Shown here: positions 13,212 to 27,014 of the stretch, one piece after another | Numbering within the stretch: the stretch's first letter is position 1 | How the letters are laid out: each line of letters starts with the position of its first letter | Assembly: GCA_951406725.2 (NCBI GenBank) | Contig: OX597817.1 | Coordinates: forward strand, 44,144,001 to 44,208,000 | DNA length: 64,000 nucleotides | Direction: 5' to 3' | Source of the DNA: Octopus vulgaris | Lineage: Eukaryota | Notes under the pieces: model-generated | Told to the model about the DNA's origin: nothing | Database searches by the model: none | Seen by the model: the letters and a program-made list of their open reading frames with translations, nothing else | Made by a program: the position numbers and the translations under genes

Positions 13212-13400
13212 TATCGTTTTGGGATTTGGTTTGCAAGATTCTTTATATGAGTTCGTGTGTTGAAGCATATTCTGTTGTGTCTGGGAAGAGTAATTTTCTT
13301 TTTGTGGTTTATAAGTTAACACACTCACCGGCAAAATTTCCACTTATTTCTTATTTTTATTTTCCTATAACTTTCGTTGCATCTTGCAACCTTTTCAATT
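13212..13400 (-). repeat. Dispersed repeat fragment; second copy in opposite orientation at 15196-15340
   Basis: Shared CCGGTGAGTGTGTTAA and GGTYGCAAGAWGCAACGAAA segments; hammerhead-like TGAARA-GGTTGC..GCAAC-GAAA remnant. Confidence 0.6.
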
Positions 13401-13935
13401 TGAGACCATGTGCTTCCAGTATAAATGATTTATTAAATTTGAAAAAGTGTAACACACTGACATTCGCATTTATTATATTAGGTATGTTTAAGTTGGGGAA
13501 GCCTTATTTCATTTAAAGCGTATTTCATATATGTGTGTGTAGTATATATATGTATTAAAGAAAGCAAGAATAAAACAAAAATGATACAAGCAAAAGGCTA
13601 AATATGTGTGTAAAAGAATTCTGTGTTCAGTATGTTAGTTCATTGTTCAGTATGTTGACCACAGGAATTTCTGTCAAAAAGACATGGTTAAACAGAGTTG
13701 TTCATCATTTCCCTCTTTCTCTCACATATCAACGCTTTCTCTCTCTCTCTCCCTCTCATCAGTACTCCTACTGCCAACATTAACACTACTACTTTTAATA
13801 AAACATCAACTCTCTCTAAATTTCATTGTCTCTCTTTATCTCCCTCTCTTTTGCTTTCTCTTCTTCTCTCTCTTCTCTCTCTCTGCCTGCCTTCGTCATC
13901 ACCCTGACTGTATCTATACCTACTATTACTCTCAC

Positions 13936-13999
13936 CCTAGCATGAGGAATAGTAGAAGAGTCATTGAATAATGAGACTGGGGGATCAAAGTGTGACACG
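13936..13999 (-). other. Candidate 64-nt exon
   Basis: Acceptor CTAATTTCTGTGTGTCAG and donor AGG/GTGAGA. ATG at 13964 gives [11 protein letters not shown], phase-compatible with the exon starting at 6670. Confidence 0.35.
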
Positions 14000-14033
14000 C
14001 TGACACACAGAAATTAGTTTTCGCATTTATTAT

Positions 14034-14099
<66 letters not shown>

Positions 14100-14156
14100 T
14101 GTGTGTATATATATGCATATATATACGTGTATATACATATATATATATATATATAC

Positions 14157-14198
<42 letters not shown>

Positions 14199-14318
14199 GT
14201 ATACATTCCTGTGACTCTTCGTTCAAACGCAAAGATCACGTTCAATTAGCTGCTCAGTGCATCGTTTGATGCAAGTTACATAATTTATTCATAGTGCTTG
14301 TCACTCTATGATTTGCAA

Positions 14319-14356
14319 CACAAAACGTTTCTACGCAACGAGCATCATCAGTTGTA
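14319..14356 (-). ncRNA. Minimal type I hammerhead-like motif in a short inverted repeat (14328-14385)
   Basis: UACAA-CUGAUGA-UGC(UCGUUGC)GUA-GAAAC-GUU-UUGUG, with palindromic AACGUU stem III. A degenerate inverted copy lies alongside. Confidence 0.6.
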
Positions 14357-15009
14357 TTCTCTTGATGATTCCCGTTGCGTAGAAATGACTTGTCAATCAA
14401 CGGGAGATAAGCTACACACACATTCAACTGCTTCCCCTTCCCACATATACATATAAGCAAATGCCCTTAATAATCCGAAGGAGCTCAATTCTGCGTTAAT
14501 CAGATGAAACATAAATTGATCCTGGACACCAAACATGCTTGATTTACGCAATATCGCCAGAAGACCTAACTCCAATAACTGTCAATTAGTGTATATGAAA
14601 CGAATATGCATTAAACGAATATAAATCATATTCCTACCCTGAAATTGAACTGATGATCCATAAGCTACAAGTCCAATATCATACCTATTCGGCTAACCCC
14701 GTTCTATTAAGAAGACAAACGGTATAATTTCGATGGAAATACCGCAACTAATACTTCTTTCGCTTAATTACTAACAATTGTTCTCAATAAATGACAATGA
14801 GAAGAGAAAATGGTTCTGATTAAATATTTAACGGCATGTTTATCTACATGTTCACACAGATATACTTTTATATACATGTGCTGTATTATTTGTCTACATA
14901 AACTCATGTTTCTGTGTACATCAATTAGCAACGCTATACATATAAAAAGTCAAAGTTAAAAACATGTGTGTGTATATATACATATATATATACATATATA
15001 TATATATAT

Positions 15010-15060
<51 letters not shown>

Positions 15061-15337
15061 CATACATATATATATATATACATATATATATGCATATATA
15101 TATATATATACAGAGAGAGAGAGAAAGAGAAAGAGAGAGAGAGAAAGAGAAAGAGAGAGAGAGATATATTGAAAGAGAGAGAGAGAGAGAGAGAGTCACC
15201 ATCTCTTGAAGAGGTCGCAAGAAGCAACGAAATTAAAAAAAAAAAATTAAAGGAATAACTAAATCAGTGGAAATTGAACCGGTGAGTGTGTTAATTAATA
15301 AGGCATCGAAACAGAGCGACTCTCCACAGACACAACC

Positions 15338-15412
<75 letters not shown>

Positions 15413-16904
15413 TATCATATACACGCAGGTATATATTTGGACATATCTAAATCCATACAAGTTTCTGTATACAAGGAAGAGGAAGATAGTAATTAATAGG
15501 CAAGTGGAAGCACAGTTTATTAGGAGCTGAAGTCTTACAAATAGTTACTTTGAATTTCACGCCAACGATCATCAGTCAGGTATATCTCTATACAAATCAA
15601 GCAATATAAGTGTTGGCTGGTTGGCTAGTCAGTTGATTTCCAACGTCACACTTTACATCGTATAGAAAGAGAGAGGGGCGTAACAATGGAAAAACATTCA
15701 GAAATTTAAATTTAATATGAGGTGCAAGAGGAGTTGAGATATTGGTCTTGGTGAGAGACATTGAGAACAGGAATGACCCCCAACCAACATACTGAGAGTG
15801 AAAAAATTATAGAGACGAGGGAGGAATAGAGGTAAATGACAGACTGGTTATAGAGGGAGTTATACAAATGAGGAATTTGTTCTAATGTAGTCCTAAGCAC
15901 TGTGGTTAAATATAAATGGACTGTCACAGATGCATTACCATTGATAAGTTAATTGCTTGAACACGACTGATCTGGGGTTGACCAACAGCTACAACTAATG
16001 AACAATGCTTCCTTTGGATCGACTGTCGTATATATAGGTTTGAAGCTAATTTCCCTGTTGGCTTGATTTGTCAAATAAATCAACAGACCATCTCAACGAT
16101 GTCTTTGTTGAATAACACACCGACCAGCGTCAAGAGCGAGGGAGATAGAGAGAGAAAGAGAAAAGAGAGAGAGAGAGGTGGGTAGGGAGAGAGTTGGAGA
16201 ATACAGAAGCAAATTGAGAGAGAGGGAAGAGATAAGACAGAGATTGAAAGAGAACGAGGGGAGAGCATCACAGCGTATGTATTCGGTATATTACTTAGAC
16301 CGTCTTTCAGTTTTATTGAAGGAAACTTGGGAGATGAAGGGTGTCATCAAAATAATCACTATGACAACGATGACAACGATGATGAACACCAAAAGCAGCA
16401 CGAAAGCAACGGCCACAGTGAGTTCAAATCTTCCATAGGCCAGCTTTGCCTTTCATTTTTTTTGTGTCGATTCACTAAAGTGTCAGCACCCAGAGAGGTT
16501 GACTGGCAAAGCTTTTAGAGCGTCGGGCGAGATGCGTTGCGGTATCTATTTTGGGACATTTTGCTCTGTTAGCAACGGCTACGGTGACACTGGTACTAAG
16601 CTGTGTCTTTTCCCGTTGGACGACTTTGGTGGAAAGGGGACACATGTATGAGAAACTACCGACTTATAAATAACAAAAAAAAAAAACCCACTTGCTCACA
16701 CCTGTACATTCGTGTGCAGATACACTGGCAACCAACAGGCTCTAAGATCAAGTCCTGTAGTCTTGTTTATATTGCTAGGTTTTCCTGCACAACCGAGCAT
16801 AGATCTGTGTGCCATATGTACATACCTGTATAATTCATGAATGAATAGAAAAAAGCATTGAAATCAAGATGTGTCACTTGATATGACAAAATCTATCTTA
16901 TATG

Positions 16905-17258
16905 TGAAGGCTTTGCTCTGTAGTTAAGAGACTTGCTTTGCAACCATGAGATCTCAGGTTCAGTCCCACTGTGTGTCACTTTGGGCGAGTGTCTTCTGTT
17001 ACAGTCCCAGGCAACGCAAAGCCCTGTGACTGAATCTGGTGAAAGGAAACTGTGTTGAATCCCGTCGTGTTTGTGTGTGTGTCTATGTTTGTCCCCCACC
17101 ACTTTATAACCGGCGTTGGCTTCTTTACACTCCCGTAACGTAGCGATTAGGCAATAGAGTACCAGATTAAAAAAAACAAAACATATAGCACTTGAAGGCG
17201 GTGCCCAGTATGGCTGCGGTCCAATGACTGAAACAAGTAAAAGATGAAAAATAAAAGA
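16905..17258 (+). mobile_element. SINE family B, diverged copy
   Basis: Same modular layout with many substitutions. Confidence 0.8.
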
Positions 17259-17317
17259 TTATAGATATTTCTATGCATGTGTATAGAAGGGTGTATTTAT
17301 GCGTTTATGCGAGATCG

Positions 17318-17620
17318 AGCGTGATCGTTACCAGCGTCGTCTTACTGGCACTTGTGCCGGTGTGCAGGTGGCACGTAAAAAAACACCATTTGGGCGTGGC
17401 CGTTGCTAGTACCGCCTGACTGGCCCTCGTGCAGGTGGCACGTAAAAGCACCCACTACACTCTCGGAGTGGTTGGCGTGAGGAAGGGCATCTAGTTGTAG
17501 AAAATCTGCCAGATCAAGATTGGAGCCTGGTGTAGCCATCTGGTTTGCCAGTCCTCAGTCAAATCGTCCAACCCATGCTAGCATGGAATGCGGACGTTAA
17601 GCGATGATGATGGTGATGAC
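17318..17620 (+). mobile_element. SINE family C (5'-truncated) with RTE-like 3' end and (GAT)n tail
   Basis: Internal duplication of GTGCAGGTGGCACGTAAAA; GGTTGGCGTGAGGAAGGGCATC motif; ends CCCATGCTAGCATGG...GGACGTTAAGCGATGATGATG. The RTE link is inferred from tail style. Confidence 0.7.
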
Positions 17621-17959
17621 GTGTAAGCATTTGTATACTTAAGCATATAAGTTCATAAATGCAAGCATTGCAGGTGTGCATGCGTATCTGTAAGATGTAT
17701 ATCCATATGTATGCTTTGTTATGAAGTCGATATTGGCTAAGTGTAAAGAAATAACCACCTTCAGATTCGAAAGCACAAATCAGTTTCGATTGAAGGTTTC
17801 ATCTAAGTATTCCGTTAAATACTCTATTTTCAGTTTGATGCAATTTCACATCAGCTGTTACATTATCTTAGCATATGCATGAATAGGAGAATACTTTATG
17901 CTGTCCTTATTTCTTAAATTATGTATCTTCTCCATAGCGGTATAATACAACAGAACAAT

Positions 17960-17974
<15 letters not shown>

Positions 17975-18006
<32 letters not shown>

Positions 18007-18026
18007 ACTGCGTATTACAAAAGAAC

Positions 18027-18063
<37 letters not shown>

Positions 18064-18137
18064 ACTGTATATTACAAAAGAACATTATATATATATATAT
18101 ATATATATATGTACAACTGTATATTACAAAATAACAC
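17975..18137 (+). repeat. Higher-order repeat, 3 copies: (TA)n + TGTACAACTGYRTATTACAAAAGAACATT
   Basis: Three copies, plus an inverted copy at 18549-18577. Confidence 0.85.
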
Positions 18138-18138
18138 T

Positions 18139-18541
18139 GTGGCTGTGTGGTAAGTAGCTTGTCTACCAACCACATGGTTCCGGGTTCAGTCCCACTGCGT
18201 GGCACCTTGGGCAAGTGTCTTCTACTATAGCCTCGGGCCGACCAAAGCCTTGTGAGTGGATTTGGTAGACGGAAACTGAAAGAAGCCTGTCGTATATATG
18301 TATATATATATATATATGCATGTGTGTGTTTGTGTGTCTGTGTTTGTCCCCTAGCATTGCTTGACAACCGATGCTGGCGTGCTTATGTCCCCGTTTCTTA
18401 GCGGTTCGGCAAAAGAGACCGATAGAATAAGTACTGGGCTTGCAAAAGAATAAGTCCCGGGGTCGATTTGCTCGATTAAAGGCGGTGCTCCAGCATGGCC
18501 GCAGTCAAATGACTGAAACAAGTAAAAGAGAGTAAAGAGAG
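18139..18541 (+). mobile_element. SINE family B, near full length
   Basis: 5' module, (TA)n(TG)n, 3' module with CAGTC-AAAT-GACTG hairpin and AGTAAAAGAG tail. Confidence 0.92.
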
Positions 18542-18750
18542 TATATATGATGTTGTTTTGTAATATACAGGTGTACAGTTACCCTATACTTGGTCAAACT
18601 TCGAAGTCACTATCAGTAAAATTATAACAAATATTAGACTCTACATTTCTACTTGGTCCTTTATTTAGAATGTTTGCTGTTTTTAAGCATATTAAATAAA
18701 AGTTAATTTTTACGCGTATATATACGTGTGTGTATGTTTGAATGGGTTAT

Positions 18751-18803
<53 letters not shown>

Positions 18804-18817
18804 ATGCATATATATAT

Positions 18818-18853
<36 letters not shown>

Positions 18854-20412
18854 GGCTCGGGAGTGATGTCTCTTCAACAACACTCCAGTGCATCCATAAC
18901 CAAGGCAGTATATAATAGTTTAGTACATTTAGTTCTTGGTAGGTGGAGCATGTTGGTATAATTTACCGCTGTGACTTACAACATTCAAGAGGACGAGACA
19001 AGAGGAGGTCTTCTATATGGGCTACCTAGAAGTAAGATCCAATTATTCCTTAAACCAATCTGTATCTTTTTGGGAAAAGGAAAGGACATACTGCATAAGT
19101 AATATGATCTCAGACGACATACTTTTAAAATGTTGAGATGATCATAGGCTTGAATTTCGTTGCCCTTAGTTTTACTAAAGTGGGCTTAACCTGGAATTAA
19201 ACAACATTAACAGCCGCCGTAACAACAACAACAACAACAAGAGCAAGTACAATTGTATTGGAGAGCCGACTATTCCATTGAGTTGTTGAATTCAATTCCT
19301 TCCGCCTATAAAACCTACGTTTATATGCTTCTTTAAGGTTTAGACCGTTCAGGTTTAGACGTAAGAACCATTTGTGTGGATTCTGTGAACTAACATATAT
19401 TTAAAAGTGATACCCAACTCTTTGTCACTCACTGGTGTTCAAGAAAATCGGTTTCATATGACTTTTGAATTGAAAGGCAATCAAACTGGGTGTATCTGAC
19501 TCCTTCCAAGCCATTGACGAAGTCTGTGTTCATAGGTGAGAAACTGGAGATTATTACAAGTGGGAGTGGGTGGTGGGTGGTGCCAGGAGGCTAAGACATT
19601 TATCCTTTCAGTGACACAATAAAAATAAGATTTCAAAAATTTAAACCTGTTCGTAAACTTCAGCTTCTACATGAGCGACATTTGGCATCTAAGCAGATAA
19701 ACGGAATCTACGTTAAAGAAGTCGTAAACGACTAAAAAGAAGAATTAGATTCGTTTTACAAAACCCATAAAGATACAGTCACACACTCAGACACACACAC
19801 ACTCAGACACACACACACTCAGACACACACATACACACACACACAACACACTCATGAAAAAGTAAAAACGAAGGTATAACATAAACAGATACATATTTTC
19901 AGTTAGATTTGCTTGCATTTTAAAATGATTTAGTGTGTGTGTGTGTTTCAGTTTGTGTATGTGTATGTGTGTGCGCGTGTACATACGCATACACTATTGA
20001 CCTATCTATAATGCATTTGTATCTGATTCCCTCTATATAGAAACATAGGTTTACCGACAGGTATCTAGAAATACATAAATGGAAAAAAAAGTGTGAAGAA
20101 ATGTTTATACACACACACACACACACACACACGCACGCACAGACACACACGTATATGCGTACACGTATACATACTACAGGAATACATACACACACATGCA
20201 CACACATAAATACACTTACATACATACACAAACATATGTAGGTAGATAGGAGAACTTGCAGGAAGACAGACAAATAGAGTTATGTATAAAACTGAAAGGA
20301 ACAGGATAAAAATATAAGCAAAGGAAGGTATTTTCAGGTAATATTAATAGATTTTATAGCAGAAGAAAGAAACAAACGAAATCAGAATTCACGGTAAAAC
20401 ATAACTGGGCAG

Positions 20413-20498
<86 letters not shown>

Positions 20499-21206
20499 GT
20501 ATGGTTGGACAGTTGACAAAATGGTACAAGATGGAGACAGCAGCTGCAGAAACAGGAACTGCTACAGCAACAAGCATAGTCGTAGAAATGGCTGTATAGG
20601 AAAGAGAATTAGCGAACAGGTAAGGCGACAACTAATGGTTGCCGGTATATGCTCTGGAGCCAATATTTCATTGAAGCAGTTTGGTGACAAATGAAAGGAT
20701 GAAAGGGGATGAAACTTACCTCAATATAACGACCCGAAATTGGTGATAAAAAAAAAAGTATACACCTCGATAGTCTATATGGATAACAGCGATGAATTAT
20801 AAGAAATCAGAGTGTGAGAGAGAGAAGGAAAGAGAGACATAGACGGAAAGAAAGAGGTAGAGAATGAGAGAAAGAGAGCAATACATTGTGAATTTGTGTG
20901 TGTGTGTCGGAGAGAGAAAGACATCTCTGTGAACAAAAAGGTGATGGTTATGAAGAAGCGACAGATTATGAATTTAAAGCAAAGTTGTAGAGACAAAATA
21001 AATCTGTGCAGTGTAGACTACATGAAAATTTATTAGAATAATCTATAAGAGTAACCACGGTATAATGTACACACATATATATATAGTCTATCATAATAAG
21101 GGTAAAATTAATTAATTAGTAATTAATAATTTTACCAAGCAGTGTTCAGTATGTAAAAAGGCCATTTACTGACCATTTTAAACACATAAATGTTTAAAAA
21201 ATAATG

Positions 21207-21259
<53 letters not shown>

Positions 21260-21825
21260 ACACAGACAGACTCACATACATACACACGGGCGCGCAGAAG
21301 CACTTAATCACACAGCACAGGGCCTCATATAAAGTTTTAGACATACATACTATGTATGTATGTTTAAAACATACATGCATACATGCATAATGGCTGCAAT
21401 TCGATTTCGTGTTACGCTATCGCTTGATGGTTCTCTTAAACATGAGCAGCACGGATATGCACTTCAAGTCCTGTTAGGGACTTACATGCTTTTGTACAGA
21501 TGCGACAACGATGGGTGCCTCTTCCAACGACCGACGACCCATCCATGCACATATAATATGTGTGAGTGTGTGTGTGTGCGCGCGCATATTTGTATGTGTG
21601 TGTGTCCATTTCAAGCTTATGATCCAGTCAGTGCGCTGCTCTCAGATTCTCCATGGGCCATCTTTCAGACTACAAAAGGGTGTTTACTATCTCATCAAAC
21701 ATCTCTCGTATAGAAAACTTTAGGTAACAAGCAACTGAATTATCTACTAAACGGATATATAAAAATTCTAAGGAACATATTGTATGCTCATTCTAATGTT
21801 TATACATACCATCATGTGTGCGAGT

Positions 21826-21909
<84 letters not shown>

Positions 21910-21941
21910 ACACACATACACACACACACATATATATATAT

Positions 21942-22325
21942 AGGCGCATGCTTGGCTGAGTGGTAAAAAGCTTGCTTCCTAACCGCATGGTTCCGGGTTC
22001 AGTCCCACCGTGTGGAACCTTGGGCAAGTACCTTCTACTATAGCCTCGGGCCGACCAAAACCTTTTGGGTGGATTTGGTAGACGGAGATTGGAAGAAGCC
22101 CATCGTATATGTATGTCTGTGTTTGCCCCCACACCCCGCCATCGATTAACAGCCGATGCTGGTGTGTTTATGTCCCCGTAACTTAGTAGTTCGGCGAAAG
22201 ACACCGATAGAATAAGTACCAGGCTTAGAAATAATAAATACTGGGGTCGATTTCATCGACTAAAGCCCATTAAGGCGGTGCTCCAGCAGAGCCGTAGTCA
22301 AATGACTGAAACAAGTAAAGAATAA
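21942..22325 (+). mobile_element. SINE family B, full length
   Basis: Same modules with a short internal microsatellite. Confidence 0.9.
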
Positions 22326-22562
22326 AAAAATATGTGTGCATGTATGTATGAATGTATGTGTGTGTATATGTATTTGTATTTGGGTGTGTCTTCAAATATA
22401 ATAATGCGAAACACATAACTGGCTCCTTGAAATTCAATATTAGCATGCATGTAGAATTTCATGTATGCGAATGTGTAAATGTTATACAAAAAGAACATTC
22501 ATCAACTCAGTGTTGCTTTCTAATAATCATTAGACACACATAAGCATGCATATATATATATA

Positions 22563-22606
<44 letters not shown>

Positions 22607-22636
22607 CATACTTATATATATACATACATATATATA

Positions 22637-23318
22637 TGATTGATTTTGATTGATTGATTGATTGATTCTAGTTTCAGCTTATGAGCTGGGCCATGCTGGG
22701 GCACCACCATTTTGTGTTGCTACTTGGTTTCACTTCATGGAGGCTTTCTAGCAGCTGTTATTTGGTGCATGAGAGAGTTCGATGCAGCTGCCCTCATCTG
22801 CCCCTCCTGCCGTGAAGTTGGTTCATCTGGGACACCTGACAGGAAGAGATCCAGCTTCATTTTAAAGACATCTGTATCCACCCCATGCAGGTCTCTCAGG
22901 TTCTTCGGGAGGATATTGAAGAGCTGTGGGCCTCGGAAGCCCAGGCTATCACAGTATCTTGTCCTACATCTTGATGGCAGGTTTGGAGTCCTAGGCACCA
23001 CGCAGTGGCGCCCAGTTCTGGCATTTGCGTAACTCTCGATGCCAAAGTTCAGGACACTTCCCTCCAGGATCTTCCAGATGTATATTATGGCATATCTTTC
23101 CCGCCTACGCTCCAGGGAATATAATTTTAATCTCTTGAGTCTTTCCCAGTAGCTTACATTCTGCATAGAGGCTATCTTCTTTGTGTAGCTTCGTTGGATC
23201 GCCTCAAGTTCTGTGATCAACTTAACACTGGATGGTGACCATAGCTGAGAGCAATAGTCAAAGTGGCTTAGGACAAGTGTCTTCCAGAGGACCATCATGG
23301 TTTCTTGTTCTCTTGTTC
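22637..23318 (-). mobile_element. 5'-truncated CR1-group LINE (ORF2 C-terminus, 3' UTR, (AATC)n tail)
   Basis: Open frame [18 protein letters not shown]...[12 protein letters not shown]...[20 protein letters not shown] matches the CR1/L2-group ORF2 C-terminal pattern. Stop at 22735. The N-terminal part of the 355-aa track ORF is microsatellite read-through. Confidence 0.92.
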
Positions 23319-23385
23319 TATATATATTTACAAATAAATATATACATACATATATGTACACATACATATATATATACATATATAA

Positions 23386-23431
<46 letters not shown>

Positions 23432-23444
23432 GTATATACATATA

Positions 23445-23475
<31 letters not shown>

Positions 23476-23592
23476 GTATTTATATATGTATATATATATG
23501 TATTTATATATGTATATATATATATATATGTATATACATATATATAAATATGTATTTATATATGTATATATATACATATATAAATACATATA

Positions 23593-23630
<38 letters not shown>

Positions 23631-23643
23631 CATATATGTACAT

Positions 23644-23684
<41 letters not shown>

Positions 23685-23728
23685 TACGTACATATATATG
23701 TGTATGTATATATACATATATATATACA

Positions 23729-24040
23729 TGAGCGTCGAGCTTACGATCGTGAGGTTGTGAGCTCGAATCCCGGACCGGGCTGCGTGTTGTGTTCTCGAGC
23801 AAGGCACTTTATTTCACGTTGCTCCAGTTCACTCAGCTGTAGAAATGAGTTGCGACGTCACAGGTGCCAAGCTGTATCGACCTTTGTCTTTCCCTTGGAT
23901 AACACTGGTGGCGTGGAGAGGGGAGGCTGGTATGCATGGGCGACTGCTGGTCTTCCATAAACAACATTGCCCGGACTTGTGTCTAGGAGGGTAACTTTCT
24001 AGGTGCAATCCCATGGTCATTCATGACCGAAGGGGGTCTT
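23729..24040 (+). mobile_element. tRNA-derived SINE family D (CORE/V-like centre)
   Basis: B-box GAGCTCGAATCCC, TTGTGTTCTCGAGCAAGGCACTT motif, 3' hairpin GGTCAT-TC-ATGACC; sits inside an AT microsatellite. Confidence 0.75.
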
Positions 24041-24282
24041 TATATACATACATATATACATACATATATACATACATATATATATATATATACATACATA
24101 TATACATATATATAAATACACACATATATATATACATACATATATATATACATATATATATATATATTTACATATATATACATACATATCTATATTTACA
24201 TATATATATATATACATATATATATACACATACATATCTATATGCATACATACATAGATATATATATATACATATCTGTATG

Positions 24283-24314
<32 letters not shown>

Positions 24315-24576
24315 AATATATATACATACATACATATATATACATACATACCTACATATATACATACATACCTACATACATATATATACATACATACATG
24401 TGTATATATATACATACATACATATATATACATACATATACATACATATATGCACACATATATATATATACATACATATGCATATACATACATATATATA
24501 TAAATGCATATATATATACTTACATATACATACATATATACATACATGTATATATACATACATATATATATATACT

Positions 24577-24625
<49 letters not shown>

Positions 24626-25210
24626 ATACATAGAGATACACTCACACACGCATACATATTTACACACATGTACATGTACACACTCACACACACATATATA
24701 CTTTACTAACAATAACTGTAAAATTAAGAACGAGTGCAGCCCTTTAATATATACAATCGAATCAGTGCTTGACTATTCTTAATCTTTCTTCTGTCTTTTT
24801 TATTTTACCCGAGAAGTTAACAAAAAAATAGAGTCTGGATTCGAAACAAGACAGTAAAATTCTGAAAGAATTACTGCTACAAATTCTATTTCAAACCTCT
24901 AACGATAACGCTAACCCACATCCCGAAATTCAAAGACACTGACAGGCTTTGGTTGAAATTTTTGTGGGGACGAAAAGAAAGAAATATATTCATGAACATA
25001 CTTATGTACAGAATTGTACAATTCGTATACAGGTACACACACGCATATGCATACACACTCATGTAAGTACCTATACATATATACATACATATATACATAC
25101 ATTCACACACACTGTTGCATCTGATTATATGCCTACAATTGCATTAGTGTATTTGAACTTACACACACAGACACACACGCACGAACATATATGGTATGTT
25201 CATGCATGTA

Positions 25211-25276
<66 letters not shown>

Positions 25277-25837
25277 CATTCACACGCATACATTAGTATA
25301 TAATTGCAGAAACGTAGGCAAACACATACGCATATACACAAATATATTCATATGTGAGTGCATACGTATGCGAGTGTGTATGTCTAAGTATAAAATAGTA
25401 AAACAGAAAAAGCCGGAACCAGTGGGAGATGGAAATGTTTCGTGGGAACAAAGTTGCCTCGTTACAAATGTTACGAATTCTTATGCTCTGGCCAGTCATA
25501 GAAATGAAGTGATATACGCTGCAGGACAATGGTCCGAAATTGTAGGTTCTTGGGGTCGGGGTTGGGTATTATAGAATCGAACCACGCAGCGCCTTTCCAA
25601 AATCGTACCCATGGATTTTAGCTGGTGTACTGTCATAAGCTATAAGCAACATTATACTGTAATGTTTGTATGTCTGTATGTATTTTATATACGCATTCGT
25701 AACATTATATTTATAGGCATACATTCATACGCTTATACATTTATACACATGCACAGATACACGTTCAAATGTACATGTATAAACACAAACACACGCTTAT
25801 GAATACACAAACTCATACATGTTTGTGCCTGCGTGTG

Positions 25838-25904
<67 letters not shown>

Positions 25905-26344
25905 ATATATATATATATATATACGCACATATATATACATACATGTATATATACAAAAATGAATGCACTCCCCTCACACACAAACCTGCGTGTGTGTCTG
26001 TGTGTGCGCGTGTCTATGTCTGCACTGTACGTATGTTCTTGTGTGCGTGTCAATGCATAACTGTATCTAAGCGCGTGTGCGCATGTATGTACACAAGTTT
26101 GTGTGCATATGAATATGTGTATCTACTCCTGCACGTATGTGTTTATGTGCGTATGTATGTGTGTGTGCGCGCGAGTGTGTGTAAAAGGAAGTTCTTTGGC
26201 TCTAAGTCAGACCATACTAACCTCACACACAATAAAAGGCTATACTCCTTAATACTGAACATTTCGCCATTTTACAGTTTGTTTTGAAATTAAGTGAATT
26301 ACAGGGGCCTTCATCCTACTGTATTGTTGCAGAAGATCGTGGGC

Positions 26345-26409
<65 letters not shown>

Positions 26410-26614
26410 ACATACACATAAGGGAGTGGGAAGATCATATCAAAATTATACGTTTATACACATGCACGAATACACTCGCCAATATACATGTATATACACA
26501 AACACATACTTATATCTACACAAAAACACATACGTGTTTGTGCGTGCCTGTATATATATATATATTATCTTCCTATAATATATATATACTATAGGGGGAG
26601 AAATCCCCTCCTCC

Positions 26615-26770
26615 AAAACAAAAAAAACCAAAAGACGAAGGCAGGTGGTGTAGCCAACGAACAGATGTATTATTAACGCTCGGGAAGTAAAAAAGTCTTT
26701 AACGTTTCGAGCCTACGTTCTTCCTCAGAAAGGAACACAGAAAGAAGCAAGGAGGAAAATAAGGGAGTGG
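26615..26770 (-). mobile_element. Penelope-like terminal fragment with hammerhead motif (26697-26732)
   Basis: CUUU-CUGAGGA-A-GAAC-GUAG-GCUC-GAAAC-GUU-AAAG: intact core, perfect 4-bp stem I, one mismatch in stem II. Confidence 0.65.
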
Positions 26771-26934
26771 GGGAGATCGTATTAAAATGCCAGGAACGGA
26801 AAGTATTAATGCAAACAGAATTACTATGGACCACAAGACAAGTATGAAAGGCACATGCAGAAGCATATATACACACACGCCAATGTGTCTATGTGATTAC
26901 ACCTACCTACCTATTTACCTACCTACATACTTAC

Positions 26935-27014
<80 letters not shown>

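Noticed and set aside
22735-23802. 355-aa ORF as a host gene
   Set aside because: It is a chimera of SINE antisense, microsatellite and a truncated LINE ORF2.
25441-25448. CSL/Su(H) site CGTGGGAA
   Set aside because: A single 8-mer with no correctly spaced partner site is expected by chance.
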